Assembly (NCBI RefSeq): GCF_963921235.1
Contig: NC_086097.1
Coordinates: 179,244,001 to 179,308,000, forward strand
Direction: 5' to 3'
From: Mobula hypostoma
Taxonomy: Eukaryota
Length of the DNA stretch: 64,000 bases
The position numbers and the translations under genes are program-made. The notes beneath the pieces are model-generated. The model was not told the origin of the DNA and did not search any database. It saw only the letters and a list, made by a program, of their open reading frames with translations. This document shows positions 26,221-39,091 of this stretch, one piece after another (positions within the stretch are counted from its first letter, which is position 1; the number at the start of each line of letters is the position of its first letter).

Positions 26221-29200
26221 GTAGGGAGAACTGGCATCATTTGCCCTGCTCCTCAGCAGATGAGATGACCCACAGCTTCGGCAAAATCCCAGACAACATG
26301 CAGACAAGGACTGATCAGTGGCAACCAACACAGGTGCCACAAAAGTGCTAAGCAGTGACCATCTTGTCCAAATACATAACTCTAAGAGTGGCTGCTCCGG
26401 TTGATAGGGCGACAAAGAAGGCGTATTGCATTCGCTTCTGGCTGCCCCATTACAGGGAAGATGTGGAGGCTTTAGAGAGGGTGCAGAAGAGGTTAATTGG
26501 GTCATTGTCTGGATTAGAGATCATGTGAGGCTGGACAAACTTGGACTGCTTTATCTGGAGTGGTGGAGACTGAGGGGAGACCTGATAAAGGTTTATAAGA
26601 TCATAAGAGGCATAGATAGAGTAGACAGCTGGCACCTTTTTCCCAGTGTTGAAATATCTAATTCCAGGGCAAAAGCATTTGAGGTGAGGGGTTTAAGTTC
26701 AAAGGAGAAGTGTGGGCAAATTTGTTCCACGGAGAGTTGGTTGGAGATGCTTGGGATGCGGGCGGTGAAGACAGGCCTAATAGTTGTTCCAGAGGCTCTT
26801 CGATACAAACGTAAGTAAACTGGGACTGGAAGGTTATTGAAATAGTGTAGGCTCTTCAACCACCATTAATCTGAACTTGATCCTATGACCTACAGACTCA
26901 CTTTCAAGGACTCATTACAACTCGTTCTCAGTATTTATGTATTTTTTTTAAAACTTCAAAAGACACGAGTGGGAGGGCAGTTTGGAGATTCTGCGTGCCA
27001 CAGTTCCCTTGGAAACATTGTATTGTGCATAATTAGTCCCTTAAGCAGAGCAGCCATTGTGTGAGTGAGCCAGGGTTAGAGTGAAGAGTTCAGGCTTTGG
27101 TTCATAGGGGCTTTGGTAAGGACAAGTGAAGGCTATGGGTAGATCTTTTCGGTTAACTTTTCTTTTTTTCTTTACTGAAAATGTAGAGCAATGGGGATGC
27201 CAGGCAATACAGTTGAGTGCTTCTCTTGCAGGACGTGGGAAGCAGTGTCCCCAACAACTACACCTGCAAGAAGCACATCCAGCTGTAGCTTCTTTCAGAC
27301 AGTGAGCTGCAACTGGATGCACTCGGGATCATTTGGGAGGCTGAGGAGTTGATCAACGGGACGTACAGGGAGGTGGTTACATCCAAGATGCAGGACACGG
27401 GTGACTGTCAGGAGGGGGAAAGGGATAGGAAGTCAGTGCAGAGTACCCCTGTCACCATTCTCCTTGACAACAGGAATACCACTTCAGATACTGTTGGGGT
27501 GGGGTGAGGTTGACTTCGTAGAGGAAAGCCACAGTGGTCAGGTCTCTGGCACTGAGTCTGTCTCTGTGGCTCAGAAAGGAAAGGAAGGGGTGAGAAGAGA
27601 CGAGCTGTAGTGATAGGGTTAGGGTTAGGACCAGACAGGAGGCTCTGTAGACTAGAATGAGATTCCAGATGGTACGTTGCCTCCCACATGCCAGGGTCAA
27701 GGACGTCTTGAGTCAAGTCCACAGCATCCTTAAGCGGGACGTTGAAGAGCCAGAGGCTGTGGTCCATGTTGGTACCAAATGCATGGGTAGGAAGGGTGAT
27801 GAGGTCCTTAAAAAGTGAGTTCAGGGAGTTAAGTGCTAAGTTAAAGGATGGGACCTCAGGATTACTACCTATGCCATGTGTTAGTGAGGCCAGAAATAGG
27901 AAGATCACACATAGCTAAGGAGATGGTGCTGGAGGGAGAGCTTTAGATGTTTGAATCATTGGGCTCTCTTCCAGAGAAAGTGGGACCTGTACAGAAGCGA
28001 TGGTCTCCACCTGAACTGGAGGGGAACTAATATCCTTGCAAGAATATTTACGCGCTGCATGGGTGGGGGAGTGGTTGTTTGAGCTGGAGTTGCAAGGGGA
28101 TGGGAGCCAGAGCAGGTAGTGGAGGGGTTGTGGGGAAAGGCAGGAATGGAAAGATTGGGCATGGTGGGACTACTGGTCGGTGTTGTATATACTACATTGC
28201 AAGGAGTTTTGTAGGAAAGGCAGATGAGTTTAGGGCATGGATCAGCACATGGAATTAGGACATTAGTGAGCCTTGGTTGCAGGAGGGGCAGGATTGTCAG
28301 CTCAATGTTCCAGAGTTCTGTTGTTTTAGACATGATAGAGTGGGAGGGGCTAAAGGGGGAGAGGTAGCATTACTATCAGGGAAAATGGCAGTACTCAGAT
28401 AAGCCACGCTGGAGAGCTCGCCTACTGGGGCCATATGGATGGTACTGAGGAATAAGAAAGGGATGACCATGTTCAGGGGATATTATTGACTACCCAACAT
28501 TCTCCAGGATTTCGAGGAGCAAATTTTTAGAGAGATCACAGATTTTTGCAAGAAACCTAAGGTTGTGATAGTAGGTGATTTTAACTTTCCAGATATTGAC
28601 TGAGATTCCCATATTGTAAAAAAAGGTTGGATGGGATAGAGTTTGTCAAATGTGTTCAGGAAAGTTTTCTTAGTATATAGAATTCCTAACGAGAGAGAGA
28701 ACGATACCTAATCTCCTATTGGGGAATGAGCCAGGGCAGGTGACAGAATTTTGTGAAGGGAAAAACTTTGTATCTAGTGATCATAATACTATTAGTTTCA
28801 AGGTAATCATGAAAACGGATAGGTCTGGTCCTCAGGTTGAGATTCTAAATTGGAGAAAGGCCAATTTTGATGGTATCAGAAAGAATTTGGCAACTGTAAA
28901 AATAAAACAAGATAAAAAAACAGAATAGATCATTCGCTGTAAATTGGGACAGGTTGTTTTCTGGCAAAGGTGTATTTGGTAAGTCTTTTGGGAGGCCTTC
29001 AAAAGTAACATTTTGAGAGGATAGAGTTTGTATGCTGCTGTTCAGATAAAAGGCAAGGATATCAAATTATAAGGGACATTGGTTTTTAAGAGATATTGAG
29101 GCCCAGGTTAAGAAAAAGAAGGAGGTGCATAACAGGTATAGGCAGGAAAGCGCAAATGAGCTATTTGAGGAAAAATGCAAGAGAACACTTATGAAGGAAA

Positions 29201-29276
29201 TCGGAAGGGCTAAAAGAAGGCATGAGGTTGCTCTGGCAGCCAAGGTGAAGGAGAATCCCAGGGGCTTCTGCACATA

Positions 29277-29787
29277 CCGTGCTGTGCGAAAATCTTAGAC
29301 TCACATATATAGCTAATGAGCATAAGAGTTTTGCACAGTACTGTAGTAATTTTATTATTGCTCTGTACTGTTGCCACAAAACAAAAACAAATTTCATGAC
29401 ATATGTGAGTGATAAACTTGATTCTGATGTGGTCTCTGTTGTAGACGGAGTCTGGGAAGGGGAATCATGGTTGGGAAAAGTGGAAGGGAGAGAGGAGGGG
29501 GCGGGAAGCAGCTGAGAGACATTCTGTAATGATCAACAGACCAATTGTTTGGAATTATATGACCTGTCTGGTGTCTCAGGGCTGGGTGTGTCTGCACCCG
29601 TACCACCCCCGGCCCTGGCACTCCTTCTCTGCCACCCTCCCCCTTCCCAACATCCTTTGCTTCTGCCAGGTTTACAAACTCACTGTCCTCTCCACATTGA
29701 CAAATACAGTAATGTGCAGAAGTCCAAGGCACCCTAGTTTTATATATATATATACACACACATTTCTAAGATCTTTACACAGTGTTG
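29277..29787. mobile_element. Composite Tc1/mariner-type MITE (two inverted mini-elements plus cargo)
   Basis: Mini-MITEs at 29277-29343 and 29707-29787 with CAGTACTGTGCAAAA-like TIRs; TA on each side; the CR1 sequence is contiguous across the block. Confidence 0.75.
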
Positions 29788-30558
29788 TACATTAAGGGCA
29801 AGGAATATCGATGGATGTAAGTGGTCCTCTGGAAGATCAGAGAGGTCATTTATGCATGGAGCCTAAAGAGTTGGGGGAGATGGAGGTGCCAGGAGAGGGT
29901 CATCTTGAAGGATCCCACCACACTGCTCATGGACTGCATGTCCCGTTCTCAGCAAAGAGAAGTCTGTGCAGCATCCACGCCAGGACCACCAGACTCAAAA
30001 ACAGTTACTTTGCCCAAGCAGTAAGGCTAGTCAACACCTCCACCCACTAACTCCACCACTACATTATTATTTCCTGTCGGTCACCCGATATACTGCCTGG
30101 CATCACTTTATGGACAGACAATCAATCGATGTATATAAGCTATCTTAGGTATTTATACTTCATATGTTTTTTTAATTGCTATTGTGTTCTTTATCTTTTA
30201 TGTTTTGTGCTGTGTTGGATCTGGAGTAACAATTATGTTCTCCTTTACACTTGTGTACAAGATACTACATTAAATGAGCTTGAATCTTAAAAATCAGGGT
30301 GGATAAATCCCCAGGGCCTGACAAGGCGTTCACTTGCAACTTGTGGGAGGTTAGTGCAGAAATTGCCTGGGTCCTAGCAGAGATATTTAAAACGTCCTTG
30401 GGTATGTGTGAGGTGCTGGAGAAATGGAGGATAGCTAATGTTGTTCTGTTGTTTAAGGAAGGATCTAAGAATAAGCCAGAAAATTATAGTCCAGTGAGCC
30501 TGGCATCAGCAGTGGGAAAGTTTCTGGAAGGTATTCTAAGGGACTGGATATATAAGTA

Positions 30559-31380
30559 CAGTAAATTGGGCCATTGGTTAATTGGGACAGCCACTTCTTT
30601 GGGACAATTCTTGAAGAACAAAAACTAGAGAAAATAACTAGTATTCCCTTTGTTTATTTGAGACACTGCGACTTAATTGGGGCAGGAGACTGTTACCAAA
30701 CAGTTTCTAACTAGTGACAGGTGTGTGCACTTGTGTGGCCGTTAGCCACTACGTGTTGCTCAGAGCAAACTGTTTTCAAATATTATCCATTACTTGTACT
30801 TGTGTTCAAAAGCAGTGGTTTTTGTCATTGATAGTTGGTGAGAAATAAGCAGTGAGACAATTTAGAATTGTTTTGCTCACTGCAGTTTCAAGCATTCCAG
30901 CTTGGAGATGCCAGAAATGGCCGGGAGTGAAAATGAAGCGATTTCCCCACTTTAACAAGTTAGGATCTATGAAGAATTTAAAGGTATTGACAATCATCTT
31001 GAATGTTACAATGATAATGAAAAGTTGGAGGATACAGTTAGCAACAGCATTGTATGAAGGCAGTCTATTATCTGCACTCGGTATCTGCGCTGATTTTGTT
31101 CATTTATAGTCAATCAAAATAACGCTGCAGTTTATGTGGGATGAATTCCTCCATCGATAACTATTGGGAACTAATACAGAGCTTCATGGTACTGTGATAG
31201 TACTGATAGTGTTCTAACTTGTTAAATACATGCAGTAATTTGTTACTCAGTTAAATGGTGGTCTGTCTTTTTTTTTAATCCTTTTTAACTATTTTCATGA
31301 AACTTCAACTAGTTGGGGCAGCCGCTTAATTGGACCAAACTTTACTTGTCCCGATGTGCCCTATTAATTGGAATCGATTG
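30559..31380. mobile_element. Tigger/pogo-like non-autonomous DNA transposon inserted in CR1
   Basis: TA duplication (CR1 ...TATAAGTA|element|TATTTGGATAGAC); ends CAGTAAA.../...AATTGGAATCGATTG. A related terminus lies at about 32875-32962. Family assignment is inference. Confidence 0.7.
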
Positions 31381-31784
31381 TATTTGGATAGACGGATTGT
31401 TTAGGGATAATCAACATGACTTTGTGTGTGGTAGGTCATCTATAACTAATCCTACAGAGTTTTTCGAGGAAGTTACCAAGAAAGTTGATGAAGCCAAGAT
31501 GGTGGAAGTTATCTACAAGGCCTTTAGTGAGGCCTTTGACAAAGTCCTGCATGGGAAGTTTGTCAAGAATGTTCTGTAATTTGGTTTTCAAGATGAGGCA
31601 GTAAATTGGATTAGACATTGGCTTCACGGGAGAAGCCAGAGAGTGGTAGTAGATGTACAAACAAGAGAAAGTCTGCAGATGCTGGAAATCCAAACAACAC
31701 ACACAAAATACTGGAGGAACTCAGCAGGCCAGACAGCATCTATGGAAAAGAGTAAACAGCCGATCTTTCAGTCTGAGACCCCAA

Positions 31785-32050
31785 TCCTTTTGGGGTTCGT
31801 TCGGAGCTGGGGATTCTTCACTCTCGCTCTTTCTTCTTCTCTGATGGCGTAACTACCAACAGTGGACTCCCAACAAAAGGAACTACGCAACAACTGCGGT
31901 TTCCCCTTATATACCAGTTGGAACGTGACATCACATCACCCCACTATCACAAGACAATTACATCATTCCAAGGGCATGAGACCATTGCATCATTTCAATA
32001 GCATAAGACAATTACATCATATTCACGAGATACTCACGAGAGAGGTAACA
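31785..32050 (-). mobile_element. Probable LTR 5' (U3) fragment
   Basis: Minus strand begins TGTTAC, contains TGATGTCA and TATATAA, retains CpGs, and sits between a truncated PLE and CR1. Confidence 0.45.
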
Positions 32051-33333
32051 AACGCCATAAAAGCTTGCAGTGGGATCTGGACCAGCTGGAGAAAATGGGC
32101 TGAAAAATGACATGGAACTTAATGCAGACAAGTGTGAGATGTTGCACTTTTGGAGTACCACCCAGGGTTGGTGAGCGGTCAGAGTGGAGTGTGGTAGAAC
32201 AAAGAGATTTGGGAATACTAATCCATGATTTCTCACAAGTGGAGTCAAAGGTAGATAGGACTGCAAGAAAGCTTTTGGCACATTGGCCTTCATAAATCAG
32301 TGTATTGAGTACAGGAGTTGGAATATTATGTTAAAATTGTATAAAACATTGGTGAGGCCTGATTTTGAGTACTGTGTGCAGTTTTGGTCACCTACCTTCA
32401 GGAAAGCTGTAAATAAGATTGAAAGGTGCGGAGAAAGTTTATGAGGGTGTTGGTGGGAATTGAGGTCCTGAGTTGAAGGGAAAGGTTGAGTAGCTCAGGA
32501 CTTTATTCTCTAGAATGTAGAAGATCAGGGGGAGAGTTGATGGAGGTATACAAAATCAAGAGAAGTATAGATTGGGTAAATGCAAGCAGGCTTTTTTCAC
32601 CAAGGTTGGATGAGGTCATTGGATAAGGGTGAAATGTGGGGTAATTTCAACACTTAAGGAAATTTGTACAGGTACATGGATGGGAGGGGTATGGTCCGGG
32701 TGCAGGTGGATTGGACTAGGTAGATTAATGGTTTGGCATGGGCTGATGGGCCTGTCTCTGTGCTGTATGATTATAACTCTTTGATGGAGTAGTGTCTAAT
32801 GGCGATGTAAGTGCACCGGATTGAGGCTAGTTAGAAGATGTTTGGCAAGTCTCCTCTCCTGATTAAGCAGTGTAGTGTCCCAAATAAACAAAGGGAGTTA
32901 AGAGTTGTCCCAAATAAGCGGCTGCCCAATTAACTGAAGGCCCATTTAACTGGAATCCACTGTACATGGAACCACCTGCCAAAGAAAGGTTAGTTAAATC
33001 TAATTAACAGGTATGCCAATAGGTACATAGATGACGAGGGTTCCCCTCTCGTGCAATGTTCTGTCACTGTCATGGGGTCTAAGTCTTGTAGCTCCCTGAC
33101 ACCACCATGGGAGCACCTTCACCAGGAGAACTACAGCGGGTCAAAAAGGCATCTTCCCCCGCCCCCCAACCTTCTCAAGGGAAAGTAAATGTGACCTGTA
33201 AATGAAAAAAGAGATTAATATGTTTCCGGAGAGATGGTGGAGACACTGTTAGTGTGAGTTGTAACCTTGGTGTGATGTGGGACGTTCTTGCGTGGCCACG
33301 TTGCCTGAGAATTCTTTTGTTTGCCTCAAACAG

Positions 33334-33419
33334 CCGCTGAAGTGACACAGCAGAGGAAGCTGGAAGAGCTGTTACTGATGGCGGCGCGCGAGGGTGACGC
33401 CGCGGGAATAACTGCACTG
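33334..33419 (+). CDS. OSBPL1A: ORP1L-like coding exon 5
   Basis: aaacag|CC GCT...CTG|gtgaga; (A)AEVTQQRKLEELLLMAAREGDAAGITAL; 86 nt. Confidence 0.95.
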
Positions 33420-34772
33420 GTGAGAACCAAAGATGCATGGAGCAGCAGGGGGTGCAGGAAACAATGCACAATGCTATTGCTGAGACTGGAGGACTTGAGT
33501 TATCAGGAGCAACTGGATAGACTGGGATGGGTATCTTGGTTGGCATTGACCGGTTGGGCTGAAAGAGCTATTCCATGTGAATTACTCCATGATCCTAAGA
33601 GGCTGGCGTTTTCCCTGGCATGTCGGAGGCTGAGGAATGAACTTGTAAAATCATGAAGGGCATAGATAGTGAGGATGGTTGCATTCTGTATCCTGGGGTA
33701 AGAGAGTCTGAAACTCGAGGGCGTAGATTTAAGGTGAGAGGGGAAAGATGTGAAGGGGATCTAAGGGGTAGGTTTTCCCAAATAAATAGTGGTGAGTATA
33801 TGGAACAAGCTGCTGGAGGAAGCGGTAGAGGGGGTATAATTATAACATTTAAAAGATTTGGACAAGGAAAATTTAAGATGGATGTCGGCCAAGTGCGGGC
33901 AAATGGACGAGCTCAGGTAGACTCCTTGGTTGGCATGGAACAGTGGAACTGAGGGGCTTGTTTCTGAGCTGTAAGACTCTTCTCACATTGAATTATCCAG
34001 ACAAGAACTTGAATCACCAAGGCTAAAGCTCAAGTGGTGTTAAATGGGTGGTCAGGATGGGCTGAAGGTCCTGTTTCTGTGTTGAGTGCACTGCTGGTGG
34101 ACGGTTTGATTTAGATTCAGCTCTGGCCTGACAAAATCTATAAAGATTAAAGATTAGCTTTACCTGTTATATGTGTATTGAAACACACAGTGTTTCAAAG
34201 ACCAGCACAGTCCAAGGGTGGGGTGGGGGGGGGGTGGTTTGCAGGTGTTACCACACTTCCGTGGCCAACACAGCATGCCTGCAGCTCACTAACCCTAACC
34301 GTACATGGTTGGAATGTGGGAGCAAACCCTCGCAGACATGGGGATAACGTACAAACTCCTTACAGACACCAGCAAGAGTTAAAGCTGGGTTGTTGGTGCT
34401 GTAATATCATTCCACGAGCAGCTATGCACCCGTGCCCCTGGGCTCCCAGCAGCTTCTATGGAACCGTGGAACCTGAGTGGTTCGTGGGGAACCTGGACGC
34501 AGGAGCCTGAAGGACCCACATTCAGCAACAATTTCTTCCCCTCCGCTATCAGATTTCTGAGCCGTCCATGAACACCTCTTCATTATTCCTGTTGTTTGCA
34601 CTGTTATTTATTGTGTAATTTATAGTAACTTTATGTCTTTGCACTGTACTTCTGCCGCAGGACACCATTCACATCATTCAAGACAGTGATGCAAAACCGG
34701 ATTCTGATTCTGAATCAGTAATAATGACCCAGCTCCTGCCGAGGAGATTCATTGAAATGTTTTTCTGTTTAG

Positions 34773-34917
34773 CTGAATAGGCCCAACCCCCCAGCCGTCA
34801 ACTGCACGGACAGGCTGGGTAACACACCGTTACACTGTGCAGCTTATCGGGGACAGAAGCAGTGTACCATCAGACTCCTCAAGTGTGGAGCGGACGCCAG
34901 CATCAAGAACAATAACA
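34773..34917 (+). CDS. OSBPL1A: ORP1L-like coding exon 6 (ankyrin repeat)
   Basis: tgtttag|CTG...AAC A|gtgagt; LNRPNPPAVNCTDRLGNTPLHCAAYRGQKQCTIRLLKCGADASIKNNN; 145 nt. Confidence 0.96.
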
Positions 34918-35261
34918 GTGAGTAGCTCCTACCATTACTGCCAGGGAGTTATGGAGTCCTTGCACAGAGTTGTCTGCAGTTCTGGGCACCCCGTTACATC
35001 AATGAAGGACGGAGGATGTGAGCTATGAGGAGAGGTTGGATAAACCACTCTATGATAGTGGACTCATAGGCTGACAGGGCAGTAAAAGAGTCTTTACTTT
35101 TACAGGGCATTGAAAGACTTGCTCGTCTTTGTTAGCCGAAGCATTGAGTTGGCGAGTCGGGAACTTCCAGACAGAGCAGGATTTGCTGTACAAGGAGGCG
35201 TTGAGTAGGCTGTGTTCGAATTCTGTAGCATTTAGAAGAGTGAAGGGGGGATCTCAGTAAA

Positions 35262-37099
35262 AGGAGGGATTGTCACTGGAGTCTCTGGGTGGAAGTTAGG
35301 AACAGGAAGGGGTCAATAAATCTACTGGGTGTTTTTTTTATAGACCACCCAATGGTAACAGGGACATCGAGGAGCAGATAGGGAGACAGATTCTGGAAAG
35401 GTGTAAGAATAACAGGGTTGTCATGGTGGGAAATTTTAATTTCCCAAATATTGATTGGCATGTCCCTAGAGCAAGGGGTTTAGATGGGGTGGAATTTGTT
35501 AGATGTATTCAGGAAGGTTTCTTGACACAATATGTAGATAAGCCGATAAGAGGAGAGGCAGTACTTGATCTGGTATTGGGAAATGAACCTGGTCAGGTAT
35601 CAGGTTTCTCAGTGGGAGAGCATTTTGGAGATAGTGATCACTTTGGTGATCACAATTCTATCTCCTTTACCATAGCGTTGGAGAGGGATAGGAACAACAA
35701 GCTAGGAAAGTATTTAATTGGAATAAGGGGAAATATGAGGCTATCAGGCAGGAACTTGGAAGCATAAATTGGGAACAGATGTTCTCATGGAAATGTATGG
35801 AAGAAATGTGGCAAATGTTCAGGGGATATTTGCGTGGGATTCTGCATAGGTACGTTCCAAAGAGACAGGGAAAGGATGGTGGTATACAAAGGTGGTTATA
35901 AATCTAGTCAGGAAGAAAAGAAAAGCTTACAAAAGGTTCAAAAAACTAGGTAACGATAGAGATCTAGAAGATTATAAGGCTAGCAGGAAGGAGCTTAAGA
36001 ATGAAATTAGGAGAGCCAGAAGGGGCTATGAGAAGGCCTTGGCGAGCAGGATTAAGGAAAACCCCAAGGCATTCGACAAGTATGTGAAGAGCAAGAGGAT
36101 AAGATGTGAAAGAATAGGACCAATCAAGTGTGACAGTGGAACTGGAGGAGATAGTGGAGGTACTTAATGAGTACTTTGCTTCAGTATTCACTGTGGAAAA
36201 GGATCTTGGCGATTGTGGGGATGACTTGCAGCGGACAGAAAAGCTCGAACATGTAGATATTAAGAAAGAAGATGTGCTGGAGCTTTTGGAAAATATCAAG
36301 TTGGAGAAGTCACCGGGACCGGAGGAGATGTACCCCAGGCTACTGTGGGAGACGAGGGAGGAGATTGCTGAGCCTCTGGTGATAATCTTTGCATCATCAG
36401 TGGGGACAGGAGAAGTTCTGGAAGATTGGAGGGTTGCAAATGTTCTTCCCTTATTCAAGAAAGGGAGTAGAGATAGCCCAGGAAATTATAGAACAGTGAG
36501 TCTTACTTAATGGTTGGTAAGTCGATGGAGAAGATCCTGAGAGGCAGGAATTATGAACATTTGGAGAGGCATAAAACGGTCAGGAATAGTCAGCATAGCT
36601 TTGTCAAGGGCAGGTCGTGCCTTATGAGCCTAATTGAATTTTTTGAGGATGTGACAAAATACATTGATGAAGATAGAGCAGTAGATGTAATGTATATAGA
36701 TTTCAGCAAGGCATTTGATCAGGTACCCCATGCAAGGCTTATTGAGAAAGTAAGGAGGCATTGGATCCAAGGGGACAATGCTTTGTGGATCCAGAATTGG
36801 CTTGTCCACAGAAGGCAAAGAGTGGTTGTAAACGGGTCATATTCTGCATGGGGGTCGGTCACCAGTGTTGTGCCTCAGGGATCTGTTCTGAGACCCCAAC
36901 TCTTCGTGATTTTTATAAATGACCTGGATGAGGAAGTGGAGGGATGGGTTCGTAAATTTTCTGATGACACAAAGGTTGGGGGTGTTGTGGATAGTGTGGA
37001 GTGCTGTCAGAGGTTACAGTGGGACATTGATAGGATGCAAAAGTGGGCTGAGAAGTGGCAGATGGAGTTCAACCCAGATAAGTGTGAAGTGGTTCATTT
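35262..37099 (+). mobile_element. CR1 LINE ORF2 (APE end plus RT), relatively well preserved
   Basis: MVGNFNFPNIDW, KSPGPEEMYPRLL, YIDFSKAFDQVPH, VPQGSVL, KFSDDTK and KWQMEFNPDKCEVVHFG, with frameshifts and stops. Confidence 0.95.
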
Positions 37100-38273
37100 T
37101 GGTCTGGACACTGACTTGGGCACCTCCAGGATATAGACTTTGTTGTTTGTAAGCCATTCCTGTGTAGCTTTGGCTTTATGCTTTGGGTCATTGTCTTGCT
37201 GGAAAACAAATCTTCTCCCAAGTTGCAGCTCTTTTGCAGACTGTATCAGGTTTTTCTCCAGGATTTCCCTGTATTTTGCTGCATTCAATTTACTCTCCAC
37301 TTCACCTGTGAAGCATCCCCACAGCATGATTGCAGCCACCGTTACGCTTCACAGTAGGGATGATGTGTTTTTCATGATATGCGATGTTTGGCTTATACCA
37401 AACATAGTATTTAGTTTGATGGCCAAAAAGCTCAATTTTGGTTTCATCAGACCATAGAACCTTCTTCCAGCTGACCCCAGAGTCTCCCACATGACTTCTG
37501 GTAGACTCTAGTCAAGATTTGATGTGAGTTTTTTTTCAACAGTAGCTTTCTCTTTGCCACTGACCCATAAAGCTGCGACTGGTGAAGTAACTGGGCAACA
37601 GTTGTTGTATGCACAGTCTCTCCCATCTCAGCCACTGAAGCTTATAACCCCTCCAGAGTTGTCACAGGTCTCTTGGTGGCCTCCCTCACTAGTCTCCTTG
37701 CACGGTCACTCGGTTTTTGAGGATGGCCTGCTCTTGGCAGATTTACAGCTGTGTCATATTCTTGATGATTGACTTAATTGTACTCCAAGGGATATTCAGT
37801 GATCTGGAAATTTACTTGTATCAGTCTCCTAACTTATGCTTTTCAATGACCTTTACATGGAGTTGCTTGGAGTGTTCTTCTGTCTTCATGGTGTAGATTT
37901 TGTCAGGATACTGACTCAGCAGCAGATGGATCATCCAGATACAGGTGTATTTTTACTACAATCATATGACACACTAATTGCACACAGGTGATCTCCATTT
38001 AACTAATTATGTGGCTTAAAACCAATTGGCTGCACCAGTGATGATTTGGTGTGTCATATTAAAGGGGGTGAATTGTGCAATCAATTATTTTGTGTTTTAT
38101 ATTTATAACTTATTTAGATCACTTTGTGGAGATCTGCTTTCACTGACACAAAATGGTCCTTTCTGTTGATCAGTGTCAAAAAAAAAGTCAAATTAAATCC
38201 ACTGTGATTCAATGTTGTAAAACAATAAAACATGAGAACTTCCAAGGGGCATGAATACCTTTTATAGGCACTG
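37100..38273 (-). mobile_element. Tc1-like transposon lacking its right end
   Basis: WKKVLWSDETKIELFG and FVFQQDNDPKH; TIR ...TTTTATAGGCACTG followed by TA. Confidence 0.95.
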
Positions 38274-38482
38274 TATATAGATAGGAAAAATTCAGAGGGA
38301 TATGGGCCAAACGTGGGCAAGTGGGACGAGCTGAGATGGGCATTTCCATCGGCTGGGACCATTAGGGCCAAAGGGCCTGTTTTCCTGCTGTACGTCTCTG
38401 ATCCCTCCTGTTTTTCAACTCATTCCCTTAATGGATTGATAATCGCAGACCCTTTTAACCTCCCTTGAATTTTCTTTCACAG

Positions 38483-38550
38483 ATCAATTACCTTATGACC
38501 TGGCTTGTGGCACAGAGATCAGACAAATACTCGGTGGCAAATCATACAAG
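38483..38550 (+). CDS. OSBPL1A: ORP1L-like coding exon 7
   Basis: tttcacag|AT CAA...AAG|gtttgt; (N)QLPYDLACGTEIRQILGGKSYK; 68 nt, phase-compatible with both neighbours. Confidence 0.9.
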
Positions 38551-39091
38551 GTTTGTCTGTCCAGTCCTTGGGGGCTTTACTTCTTCCTTTAAACAGAGTC
38601 TGTGGGGGTTAATGCTGTGTTTGCCCATAGCTTCCTGCAGAAGATCTCACTTGGAGATACCGGATCATTGCAGACACTAGTTCTCAGTGCGGCAGTGAAC
38701 TCGTGGGATCAGAGGTAGAGTGCTGTGATGCTGGCAATAAGAAGCCTGTTTCTGAATGGATAAAGATTTAGCTTCAAGTGTTAAAATAATGGAATTCTAT
38801 AAAGCTGTGAGAATATATATAACTATAGATAGTGTAGATCGTTAGTCTTTTTCTCAGGGTGGAAGTGACAAATATTACAGTGCATAGTTTTAATGTGAGG
38901 AGGAGAAAGCTTGAGGGAGATTTACAAGGCAACTTTTTTTCATGCAGCCATTGGAGGTGCTCGGAACGGGCTGGCTGGGGGAGCAGTTATGTTAGTGAAG
39001 TTTAAAAGGCATTTAGGCAGACACATGGACAGGCAGGAAATGAGGGTACATAGACTATATGCAGCAGGCGGGCTGATTTTAAAATAGCATG

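Larger units (their letters stand above)
27040..32780 (+). mobile_element. Near full-length decayed CR1 LINE (ORF1 esterase, APE, RT) with several nested insertions
   Basis: ORF1 motifs CLPHARVKDV and VVHVGT; APE VGDFNFPDID and SDHNTISF; RT KSPGPD, NYSPVSLAS and EFFEEVTKKVD; 3' UTR near 32700. Confidence 0.9.

Noticed and set aside
35423..37136. Active reverse transcriptase gene or novel RT system
   Set aside because: Standard CR1 ORF2, broken by frameshifts and stops, and truncated at both ends.
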